A stretch of 32,000 nt of DNA from Thermococcus kodakarensis KOD1 (GTDB lineage Archaea; Methanobacteriota_B; Thermococci; Thermococcales; Thermococcaceae). Where the stretch lies: contig NC_006624.1 in the NCBI RefSeq assembly GCF_000009965.1, forward strand, positions 1,500,001 to 1,532,000, written 5' to 3'. Below, piece by piece: positions 23,030 to 32,000 of the stretch; the stretch's first letter is position 1, and every line of letters begins with the position of its first letter. A model generated the notes under the pieces. The model made no database searches and had not been told where the DNA came from. It saw nothing but the letters and a program-made list of their open reading frames with translations. Made by a program: the position numbers and the translations under genes.

Positions 23030-24478
23030 ATGAAAAAGTTAGTCTCTCTAATGTTAATCACTATGTTGTTCACTTTCGCTCTGGCCCAGAAAGAATGGAT
23101 GGGCCATGGCGTTAATATAACCCTGATGGAAAATGGAATAATAAAAGCAGCCTCCACACGGAGCGGGCTTAACACCCTAATCTCCCCACTATTTCCAATA
23201 AATACAACCCTGAAATATTCCTTCTCAATAAGGAGCGAGAGTACCAACGGCGTTTTAGCGGAGATTGCTTATTTTGACGAAAACAGAACTTTCATGTTCG
23301 CCAAGAACGTTACAGTCGTAGGAAACGGCTCGTTTGGATGGAAAAACGTCGAAATAGTCGCCCTACCAGCTGAAGGGGCGACGTTTTCTTCCCTGGTGAT
23401 TGCGATAAACGGCACTGGGATGGTTTACATTGATAACTTCACCGTCAGCGAAGCTAAGCCAACAGAAAAACCAGAGATGGAGAGCACAACCCCAACTAAA
23501 ACCGGGGCACCAAAAAAGACCGAAACCACAACATCTCAAGAAATTGGAAAAGGAACCATACCCTATGAAAACTCTCAAAAGCTTTCAATTGACGATGACG
23601 ATATCAAAGTCGAAGTCTTTCTAAACAAAACCTACCACCCCGGGGATACCATAAGGGCGGACTTCTACATAACCAACAAAAAGGGAGTAATCTATGAGAT
23701 AGACATAAGGCTCGATGTGTATTACCTTGGAATCAAAGTGTTCTCGTACGAGCACCCCTCCTGGCGCGAATACAGGGAGGGAAAAACTGTCCACATATTC
23801 CAGGAATCCAAACTCCCAGTGATCACTCCCCCCGGCAGATACACCCTGAAGTTCTACATAACTCCCGCGGGCAGGGAGACGAAAGAGCTGGAAGGGGAAA
23901 TAACGGTAAAGCCAAACCTCGAATGGATTTTGCTAGTTGTGTTCTCAGCGTTTTCACTCCTCGGGATTATCCTCCTGATCAGAAGATACTGGAGGTTGCT
24001 GGTTAAAACATACAGGGAGTTTTCAATCGGACAGAGATTCGTGTTCTTCGCAGTGGTGGGACTGATAATAGCGGCGGTCATACTAGCGCTTGGGGCCGAG
24101 AACTACGCCAACGATGTGGCAATCGTGGTGTATTATCTCCTCTTAGTTGGAGTTCTAAACGAGTGGGTCGAGTACCTGGAGCCCAAGTGGGACAGGGAAA
24201 GTATAAGAGAAGTCTCCAGCGTCTACCTGCTCGCATTGTTGATGTACCTATCAAAGGACACGTTCACCGTTTATCCGGCGATAGCAATTTTTGCCCTAGG
24301 GACCGTTGTCGGCTTGCTGAGGTTACAATCAAAGAACGGTGAAACTCCACCTGGGGCTAAAGCAACAGTCCCCAAGGGTAAAGTGAGCATCGAAGAGATT
24401 GAGATAGTTGGGGAAACCGAGGAAGGATTCATAATCTACGAAATAAAGAGTAAAAGCAAAAAAGAAAAGAGCGGGTAG
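23030..24478 (+). CDS. Secreted, membrane-anchored glycoprotein candidate (signal peptide, CBM-like domain, Thr/Pro linker, Ig-like domain, C-terminal multi-TM region)
   Basis: ATG 23030 lies 5 nt after GGTGA; the track start is GTG 23021. Signal peptide MKKLVSLMLITMLFTFALA-QK. Seven N-x-S/T sequons fall in the first roughly 115 mature residues (NIT, NTT, NRT, NVT, NGS, NGT, NFT). The linker reads KPTEKPEMESTTPTKTGAPKKTETTTSQE. About 4-5 hydrophobic helices follow after aa 300. Confidence 0.7.
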   Translation: MKKLVSLMLITMLFTFALAQKEWMGHGVNITLMENGIIKAASTRSGLNTLISPLFPINTTLKYSFSIRSESTNGVLAEIAYFDENRTFMFAKNVTVVGNGSFGWKNVEIVALPAEGATFSSLVIAINGTGMVYIDNFTVSEAKPTEKPEMESTTPTKTGAPKKTETTTSQEIGKGTIPYENSQKLSIDDDDIKVEVFLNKTYHPGDTIRADFYITNKKGVIYEIDIRLDVYYLGIKVFSYEHPSWREYREGKTVHIFQESKLPVITPPGRYTLKFYITPAGRETKELEGEITVKPNLEWILLVVFSAFSLLGIILLIRRYWRLLVKTYREFSIGQRFVFFAVVGLIIAAVILALGAENYANDVAIVVYYLLLVGVLNEWVEYLEPKWDRESIREVSSVYLLALLMYLSKDTFTVYPAIAIFALGTVVGLLRLQSKNGETPPGAKATVPKGKVSIEEIEIVGETEEGFIIYEIKSKSKKEKSG

Positions 24479-24520
24479 AGCATCAAGCCTTAAAAACAAA
24501 AATAATGAGGGAATCAACAG

Positions 24521-25887
24521 ATGGAAGAGAGAACTAAACTAGTCCTAATCTGGGTTGTGATGATCTTTATCCCCTTATTCACATTGAGGCTTTTCCAGGA
24601 TGAGATGTTATACTTGAACATCTCAATGAAAGTACTCCACTTCGAATTTCTGCCCAGATCTTCGCTCGTTTTCATTCTAACGTCGCCCCTGATGGCATTT
24701 GATAGTGTCGACCTCAGGGTGTTTCTACCCAGGGCCGCAACAGCCTTCGCAACGCTAACAGACACAATCCTGATCTATGAAATTGCCAAAAGATATCATG
24801 GAAAAAAAGCTGGATTCCTGAGTTCTCTAATGTTCCTTTTTTCATTTGTAGCTTTAAGATACGGGGCAAGATACACTCTGGAGCCATGGGGGACGCTCTT
24901 CATACTCTCGGCAATCTATTATTTCGAGGAAAAGCCCCTTACAGCATCTCTTTCAATGGGCTTGGCCTTTTGTGCGAGGGAAACTTGGCTCACAACGTAT
25001 CCTTTCTTTTTGGTGTACGCGTGGAGAAAAAGGAGAAAAGAGTTCTTGAAAATTCTGATGATCTCGGCATTTCCCATAGTATTGAATTTCCTGTTTATAG
25101 CATCGATCAGTGTATACCAAAGTCCCATAGGCTACAATGCGCGAGACACATTAAATGGGGAGCCCGCTACATTGTGCTGAGACTAGCGCGGAGCTGGCTT
25201 GAATTTTCAGTTGCTTATGTCCTGATAGTTGTTGGGTTTATATACGGGACAAAACACGACAAAACACATAGGGACATCCTGTTAATGATACTGCCATCAG
25301 TGATAACGCTGAACGGAGTTAATGGATTCATCCTTAACGGCCCGTTCGAGCGCTACACCTTTGGACCATTGGCGTTAATGAGCATCTTCTCTGGGTATGG
25401 CATAATCGAGCTCTACAACAACTTTAAATCGAAAATTAAGCCCCTGAATATTCTAACTGTCGAGAAATGGATAGCGCTGTTTCTGATTGTACAGCTCATT
25501 CTCCTCAACGCCGCCGTCCTAAAGCTCAGCGACATAGGGGCAAAGGGAATTCAAGACTACGGCTACTGGTACGATAGGAAGGTGTTCAACATCCTAAAAG
25601 AGAGGGCAGCCCCGGAAGAGTTTTTCGTTGGAACCCCCCATCCCGCACTCATTGGTTTTAAAAATTGGACCTGGGCAGACAGGAACATAAAGAAGGCCGT
25701 AGAGCTCGATCCAGACTGGTTGATAACGTTCAAGAGCTGGGTTAATTTTAGGGAGAATCCCCAAGAAATCCGTGAGCTTGAAATCTATTCCGTGGGCCCA
25801 TACCTGCTAATTCATGCTGAGGAGAAAGGTGCTATAAAGAAATACGTCGTTTCAAGTGATTTAAAGCTCTGGAAATTCAGGAAATAA
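24521..25887 (+). pseudogene. ArnT/PMT-like GT-C glycosyltransferase split by a single frameshift (ORFs 24521-25180 and 24886-25887)
   Basis: The first ORF is multi-TM with the first-loop motif RLFQDEMLY (the DE motif typical of GT-C family 39/83). The second ORF looks protein-like only from about ARYIVLRLARSW onward. Adding one G to the G4 run at 25157-25160 gives ...ARDTLNGGARYIVLRLARSW... and a continuous ORF of about 455 aa. Confidence 0.65.
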
Positions 25888-26938
25888 AGCGTTTAATCGC
25901 TTTTCTCCCCGTTACTGCCATTTTTCTCCTCATCTTCTCATCCTCAAGCAAAAAAAGGATCTTTTCTGCTATATCCCGCTCATCCAGTCTAGCCAGGAGC
26001 CCGCTCTTTTTATCATCAACGATTACCGGAAATTCCCCAACTCTGCTGACTATGGCGGGAGTCCCCAAAGCGAGGGCCTCCACGACAACCATCCCAAAGG
26101 CCTCGCTCTTGGATGACGGCAAAACCAGGAGTTTAGCCGATTTATAACTGCTGATAAGCCTCTCCCTGCTCACCCGTCCAAGAAATTCAACGTTGCCTTC
26201 CAGGCCCAAATCCTCGGCTAATTTCGTGTAATAGCCTATTAGGTCTCCTCCGCCGATCACAACAAGCTTAACATCGGGGATTTCCCGCTTGACCAAAACC
26301 AAAGCCCTTAACAATAAATCGAGGTTTTTCCATCTATGGAACCTGCCAAGTTGGCCAACAAAGAGAACAGTATTCCCATCACCTCTGAAATCGGGTCTTT
26401 CAAGAATGAACGCCTCATCAATCTTCGGGTATTCCACTTTTGAATGAAACCCCTTCCTCCCCAAAATCCTCTGGACATATCGGGAAACTGATATGATTTT
26501 AGTATTCCGCAAAGTCATCTTTTCAACCGTTCTCTCATAAAACCCTGCCAGGACATCAGTCCAGGAACCCTTCTTCAGCTCGCCGGTGTGATAAACAATT
26601 GTTATAGGCTTTCCCATAAGCTTCGCAGCAAAAGAGGCAACATCCGCAAAAAACGGTACCGGTGTGTGGGCAATTATAACGTCAAAATTCTGTCTCTTAA
26701 TCATCCGTATAAGCTCGAACGGCAGGAGAACCCTAACAGGTGTGTTCGAGATAATGAGGTTGGGTTTTTTTCGTATCACTTTAATATTGCCAATTTTTTC
26801 AGTTCTTTCATATAGTTTTGTTGCGCATACGACAACCACCTCATTTTCCTCGCTCAGCTCCTTTGCCATCTTATAGGCGTATCTCTCCAGCCCGCCGCCT
26901 TCTGGATAAAAATAGGGAGCAACGAGCAGAACCCTCAT
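25877..26938 (-). CDS. GT4-family glycosyltransferase
   Basis: MRVLLVAPYFYPEGGGLERY and the EX7E motif PSSKSEAFGMVVVEALALGTP. The 3' end overlaps the convergent GT-C gene by 11 nt. Confidence 0.85.
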   Translation of the reverse strand: MRVLLVAPYFYPEGGGLERYAYKMAKELSEENEVVVVCATKLYERTEKIGNIKVIRKKPNLIISNTPVRVLLPFELIRMIKRQNFDVIIAHTPVPFFADVASFAAKLMGKPITIVYHTGELKKGSWTDVLAGFYERTVEKMTLRNTKIISVSRYVQRILGRKGFHSKVEYPKIDEAFILERPDFRGDGNTVLFVGQLGRFHRWKNLDLLLRALVLVKREIPDVKLVVIGGGDLIGYYTKLAEDLGLEGNVEFLGRVSRERLISSYKSAKLLVLPSSKSEAFGMVVVEALALGTPAIVSRVGEFPVIVDDKKSGLLARLDERDIAEKILFLLEDEKMRRKMAVTGRKAIKRFIS

Positions 26939-28056
26939 TCAAACTCCTCCTTCAACATTAGGGAGCTAACGAAAAACGAGAAGAATATCAGCTGGATGCT
27001 CATGGCTATCAAGGTCAGCACTATTATGGCTGACCTAATTTCAAACAGTTCCCCATAACCTAAAGCTCTCCACTTCAAGAATATTCTAATTCCCAATGTT
27101 AAACCGGCGATGAATAATATTCCCCCAAACATAAGGCCTTCTTCCAATATCGAATATCTCATGAAAAATTTCGTGATTTTATCTGGTTTATCGAGTCCTT
27201 CCCTAACGGCGTAGACCTTTCCAGAGATTCCAAAGTTTATCACCTGGAACCCAACTATGGTCAAAAGGCTTCCCAGAATCATAGTATGTACCCTGAGCGG
27301 GTCCGTATTGGAAGCGTAGGCCAGGAGAACTATCCCAGTAATCATCAAAAACAACCCCGGAAGAAGGAACAAGTGGGATGGCGAATAAAGTAGCATCAGC
27401 CTCAGATGCCTCCACCCATCCCTAAACGAACTCAGTTTGGATTCCCCAATCCTTGGGCGATAAGTTATGGGCACCTCCCTAATCTTTAAACCTGCTTTTG
27501 CCGCCTCTATGACCATCTCGCTTGCGAATTCCATTCCACGGCATTTCAGAGGAAGCCTCTGCAATGCCTCTTTTTTTATCGCCCTGAAGCCGCAGTGGGC
27601 ATCGGAGACTCCAGCTTTAAAAAACAGATTGAGGACCTTGGTCAGAAGAGGATTTCCTATGTACCGATGAAGCCACGGCATTGCACCGGGTTCGATCATT
27701 CCCTTAAGTCTGGTCCCAATGACAAAATCTGCCTCATCCTTCAGTAGAGGTTCCAGCAACTTCGGAATCTCGCGGGGATCATAGCTCCCATCCGGATCCA
27801 GCATCACGATGTACTTTCCCCGAGCAACTTTGAACCCCTCAATGTATGCGTCTCCATAGCCTCTTCTTTTCTGACGGATTACCCTCGCACCCAATTCAGC
27901 CGCGATTTTGGGTGTTGCATCCGTACTTTTATCCACCACAATTATCTCATAGGAAACGCCCAACCTTTCCAGAGTCTCCTTTATTTGAGGGATTATTATT
28001 TTCACTGCATCTTCCTCGTTCATTGTGGGCAAAATCACGGAGACTTCAACTGTCAT
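26935..28056 (-). CDS. Membrane-anchored GT2, polyprenyl/dolichyl-phosphate hexosyltransferase-like (GtrB/AglJ/Alg5-like)
   Basis: VSVILPTMNEE...IIVVDKSTD...GYGDAYIEGFKVARGKYIVMLDPDGSYD...VIGTRL...GNPLLT...CGFRA, followed by four C-terminal hydrophobic helices (aa about 230-365). This matches the architecture of lipid-phosphate sugar synthases. Confidence 0.8.
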   Translation of the reverse strand: MTVEVSVILPTMNEEDAVKIIIPQIKETLERLGVSYEIIVVDKSTDATPKIAAELGARVIRQKRRGYGDAYIEGFKVARGKYIVMLDPDGSYDPREIPKLLEPLLKDEADFVIGTRLKGMIEPGAMPWLHRYIGNPLLTKVLNLFFKAGVSDAHCGFRAIKKEALQRLPLKCRGMEFASEMVIEAAKAGLKIREVPITYRPRIGESKLSSFRDGWRHLRLMLLYSPSHLFLLPGLFLMITGIVLLAYASNTDPLRVHTMILGSLLTIVGFQVINFGISGKVYAVREGLDKPDKITKFFMRYSILEEGLMFGGILFIAGLTLGIRIFLKWRALGYGELFEIRSAIIVLTLIAMSIQLIFFSFFVSSLMLKEEFE

Positions 28057-29155
28057 CTGCGACCCTCTCGTAGAAGTTTTCGATCAACCTCGTTATGTTA
28101 TCCCAATCGTAGTTCCTGGCATACCTAACGCAATTTCTTTTAAGCTTTTTACCGTGATCCAGCGCCACTAGAATACTCTCCGCGAGAGAACCAGGATTTG
28201 GAAACGCCAGAAATCCATTGTATTCATGAACTATCAACTCAGCAGCGGCATTCAAGGGATGAACAACAGTAACAACAGGAATGCCGGATGCATTGGCCTC
28301 CAGCGCCGTTATCCCGAAACCCTCACGGATAGAAGGTAGCACAAAGACTCTTGAGGCCTTCATGTGGGAAATAACCGCTTCATATTCATCTAGAAATCCC
28401 TTAAAATCAACGTTTTCAACCAAATTGAGCTCCTCTGAAAGTCGCTCCAAACGCCTCCTCTCGGGACCATCCCCAATTATTAGCACCTTTATGTCTGGTA
28501 TCTCAGTTTTGAGAATCTGGACAGCACGTACAAGCAGCTCTACATTTTTTTCACGTATCAAACGTCCAACAAAGAGTACATCATAGTCAACTCCCTCTAA
28601 ACGGGGGACAGACCTTATTTTTTCAAAGTCGATCCCATTTGGTATAACCCTACTAGGAACACCAAACCTCAACAGCCGTTTTTGAGTAAATCTTGAAACC
28701 GCAATATTATGGGGGGTTAATCTAGTGGTCAGTCTCTCAACTCTCCTTCCAATACCCCCCAGTTTTCCCAGGTACTCATACCAATGCCCATCCCAGACTT
28801 CATGCCACGTGAGTACCAGGGGAGTTCTCTTTAGTATGCTGTGGAGTTTAGTCGAAAAACACGAGAAATACGGGAACTCCTGACAGTCAACTATGTCGTA
28901 CTCTCCCCCAAATTTTAGAAGGAGCTTTTGGGCAAAGTACAGAGCCTCTCCAATGGATCTCCGATCTCCATGATAAAAACGCTTCCAGTTGCCAACTCTG
29001 TGTACCAATATGTCGTCCAGCTCCCCATCCCAATTCAGAGAAAACCAGTGAACTTCATGTTTTCTTGCCAGCCTTCTACCTATCTCATATACTCTTTTTT
29101 CAACTCCACCCTTTACAAAGGGATAAACCGCATCGTACACATAAGCGATTTTCAT
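28046..29155 (-). CDS. GT4-family glycosyltransferase
   Basis: MKIAYVYDAVYPFVKGGVEKRVYE and the EX7E motif PSIREGFGITALEANASGIP. It overlaps the downstream GT2 by 11 nt. Confidence 0.85.
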   Translation of the reverse strand: MKIAYVYDAVYPFVKGGVEKRVYEIGRRLARKHEVHWFSLNWDGELDDILVHRVGNWKRFYHGDRRSIGEALYFAQKLLLKFGGEYDIVDCQEFPYFSCFSTKLHSILKRTPLVLTWHEVWDGHWYEYLGKLGGIGRRVERLTTRLTPHNIAVSRFTQKRLLRFGVPSRVIPNGIDFEKIRSVPRLEGVDYDVLFVGRLIREKNVELLVRAVQILKTEIPDIKVLIIGDGPERRRLERLSEELNLVENVDFKGFLDEYEAVISHMKASRVFVLPSIREGFGITALEANASGIPVVTVVHPLNAAAELIVHEYNGFLAFPNPGSLAESILVALDHGKKLKRNCVRYARNYDWDNITRLIENFYERVADDS

Positions 29156-29299
29156 GACATTGATTGGTCACGTGCAGGCATTTAAAAAGCTGACTTTTCC
29201 CTTTAAAACAAGCCTCGTCCTTTAGGGCGGGGAGGAGGTCAGTAGCAACAACTGGTCATAAACAGTGAACTTTTAAACTCCCTCTTCCTCTTTTCCCTC

Positions 29300-30106
29300 A
29301 TGACGAGAAAAATCGGCATTATCTTCGACATGGACGGCGTCATCTACAGAGGCAGCGAGCCGATAAATGGTGCAAAAGAGGTCATCGAGTTCCTGAAAGA
29401 AAGGAAAATACCCTTCCTGTTCCTCACGAACAACTCCACGAGAGACCCCGCAATGTACAGGGAAAAGCTCCTCTCGATGGGCATAGACGTGCCGGAAGAT
29501 GTTATAGTCACGTCGGGCCTGGCCACGAGGCTCTACATGGAGAAGCACTTTGAGCCAGGAGAAGTTTTCGTTATCGGTGGAAAGGGGCTTCTCAGGGAGA
29601 TGGAGCGCCTCGGCTGGGGAGTTGTTAGCCTTGAAGATGCTAGGAAAGGCGCCTGGAAGAGGATCAAGCACGTCGTTGTGGGCCTTGACCCCGAGTTAAC
29701 CTACGAGAAGCTCAAGTACGGAACGCTCGCTATAAGGAACGGGGCAAGCTTCATAGGGACGAACCCGGACACGACATATCCAGCGGAGGAAGGGCTCTAC
29801 CCCGGTGCTGGGGCAATAATAGCCGCCCTCAGGGCATCAACGGACAGAGAGCCAGTGATCATAGGCAAGCCAAACGAACCGGCCTATGAAGTCGTTAAGG
29901 ACAAACTTGGAGACGTTGAAGAGCTCTGGATGGTCGGCGACAGGCTCGATACCGATATAGCGTTCGCAAAGCGCTTCGGCATGAAGGCCATAATGGTGCT
30001 CACGGGTGTAAGCACGCTCAAGGACGTTGCCGAAAGCGGGATAAAGCCGAACCTCGTTCTCCCCGATGTGGGGGAGCTGAAAAGGTATCTGGAGGCTGCC
30101 CTTTAG
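29300..30106 (+). CDS. HAD-superfamily hydrolase, subfamily IIA (NagD-like sugar phosphatase)
   Basis: HAD motifs I FDMDGVIY, II LTNNS, III GKPNEP and IV GDRLDTD. TTTTAAAC at 29271-29278 is a possible TATA box about 25 nt upstream, suggesting a near-leaderless transcript. Confidence 0.85.
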   Translation: MTRKIGIIFDMDGVIYRGSEPINGAKEVIEFLKERKIPFLFLTNNSTRDPAMYREKLLSMGIDVPEDVIVTSGLATRLYMEKHFEPGEVFVIGGKGLLREMERLGWGVVSLEDARKGAWKRIKHVVVGLDPELTYEKLKYGTLAIRNGASFIGTNPDTTYPAEEGLYPGAGAIIAALRASTDREPVIIGKPNEPAYEVVKDKLGDVEELWMVGDRLDTDIAFAKRFGMKAIMVLTGVSTLKDVAESGIKPNLVLPDVGELKRYLEAAL

Positions 30107-30544
30107 ATGGACGCAGGAGAGCTCATAAAGAAGATCATCTGGCAGGAAAACGAGCTCTACAACCTATACAAGCTCGGTGAGACCTTTGCCCTCTTTGAGA
30201 GGCCCGACCTGAGGGACGACTTCGCCCAGCTCGCCGAGGAAGAACTTAGACATAGAAAGACCCTTGAAGGCCTCCTTTCGGAGGGTACAATCGAAGGGCT
30301 CCTCCTCGATTACATGGACGAGCTTGAACTGGAGCCGATGGTGCACGACGAAAGGGCACACCCCGATAGCCTCGAGGAGCTGATAGTGGAGGCATTGATA
30401 AGGGAGAAACATGCGTACGAACTCTACACAAAGCTCTCGCACATCCTGGAGGGAAGTCTGTCGCAGATATTCCGAATGATGGCAGGAGAAGAGCTGAAAC
30501 ACGCCTACAGACTGAGGCTTATATACGAAAAGATCGATGGATAA
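30107..30544 (+). CDS. Ferritin-like/rubrerythrin-family four-helix protein
   Basis: 145 aa with two ExxH metal-site motifs (AEEELRH and AGEELKH) spaced as in diiron ferritin-like folds. It starts 1 nt after the HAD gene stop. A T6 run at 30569-30574 lies downstream. Confidence 0.65.
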   Translation: MDAGELIKKIIWQENELYNLYKLGETFALFERPDLRDDFAQLAEEELRHRKTLEGLLSEGTIEGLLLDYMDELELEPMVHDERAHPDSLEELIVEALIREKHAYELYTKLSHILEGSLSQIFRMMAGEELKHAYRLRLIYEKIDG

Positions 30545-30668
30545 TTCGTCCAGCATTGTGATGCCCCCTTTTTTAACATGGCTGCACCGTTATGCAAACA
30601 TCACAGACATTTTTTGTCAACATGCCAAGCTGAAGCAGGGTAAGGTATATGTACCTTTTCCTCCATAG

Positions 30669-32000
<1,332 letters not shown>

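Overview
The sequence looks like a Thermococcales (Thermococcus-type) chromosome segment, judged from codon style, GGTGA-type ribosome-binding sites and an intein-bearing class II ribonucleotide reductase. About 29 kb (1-29155) is one large surface/protein glycosylation (agl-like) cluster. It contains an AglB oligosaccharyltransferase with WWDYG and DK motifs, five GT4 and five GT2 glycosyltransferases plus one decayed GT2 relic, and two MOP/Wzx-type flippases. It also holds an NDP-sugar pyrophosphorylase, an SDR epimerase, a TagF-like polyol-phosphotransferase paired with an IspD/TarI-like cytidylyltransferase, and two further GT-C-like membrane proteins (one 1242 aa, one frameshifted). Other genes are an HprK-like P-loop protein, a sequon-dense secreted membrane protein, an orphan frameshifted gene and an MNT-HepT toxin-antitoxin pair. 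The right flank (29300-32000) is housekeeping: a HAD-IIA phosphatase, a ferritin-like protein and the ribonucleotide reductase interrupted by an intein. Two strongly AT-rich islands (about 3840-5270 and 12800-22620) sit in a roughly 50-60% GC background. This points to cassette replacement by horizontal transfer. I recognised no rRNA, tRNA, CRISPR array, transposase or integrase. The candidates most worth follow-up are the teichoic-acid-like polyol-phosphate module beside aglB, the AT-rich operon ending in an HprK-like kinase plus a giant GT-C protein, and a GC-rich structured intergenic region (22612-23029) that may encode a small RNA. All functional calls rest on motif recognition by eye. 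No database search was run.
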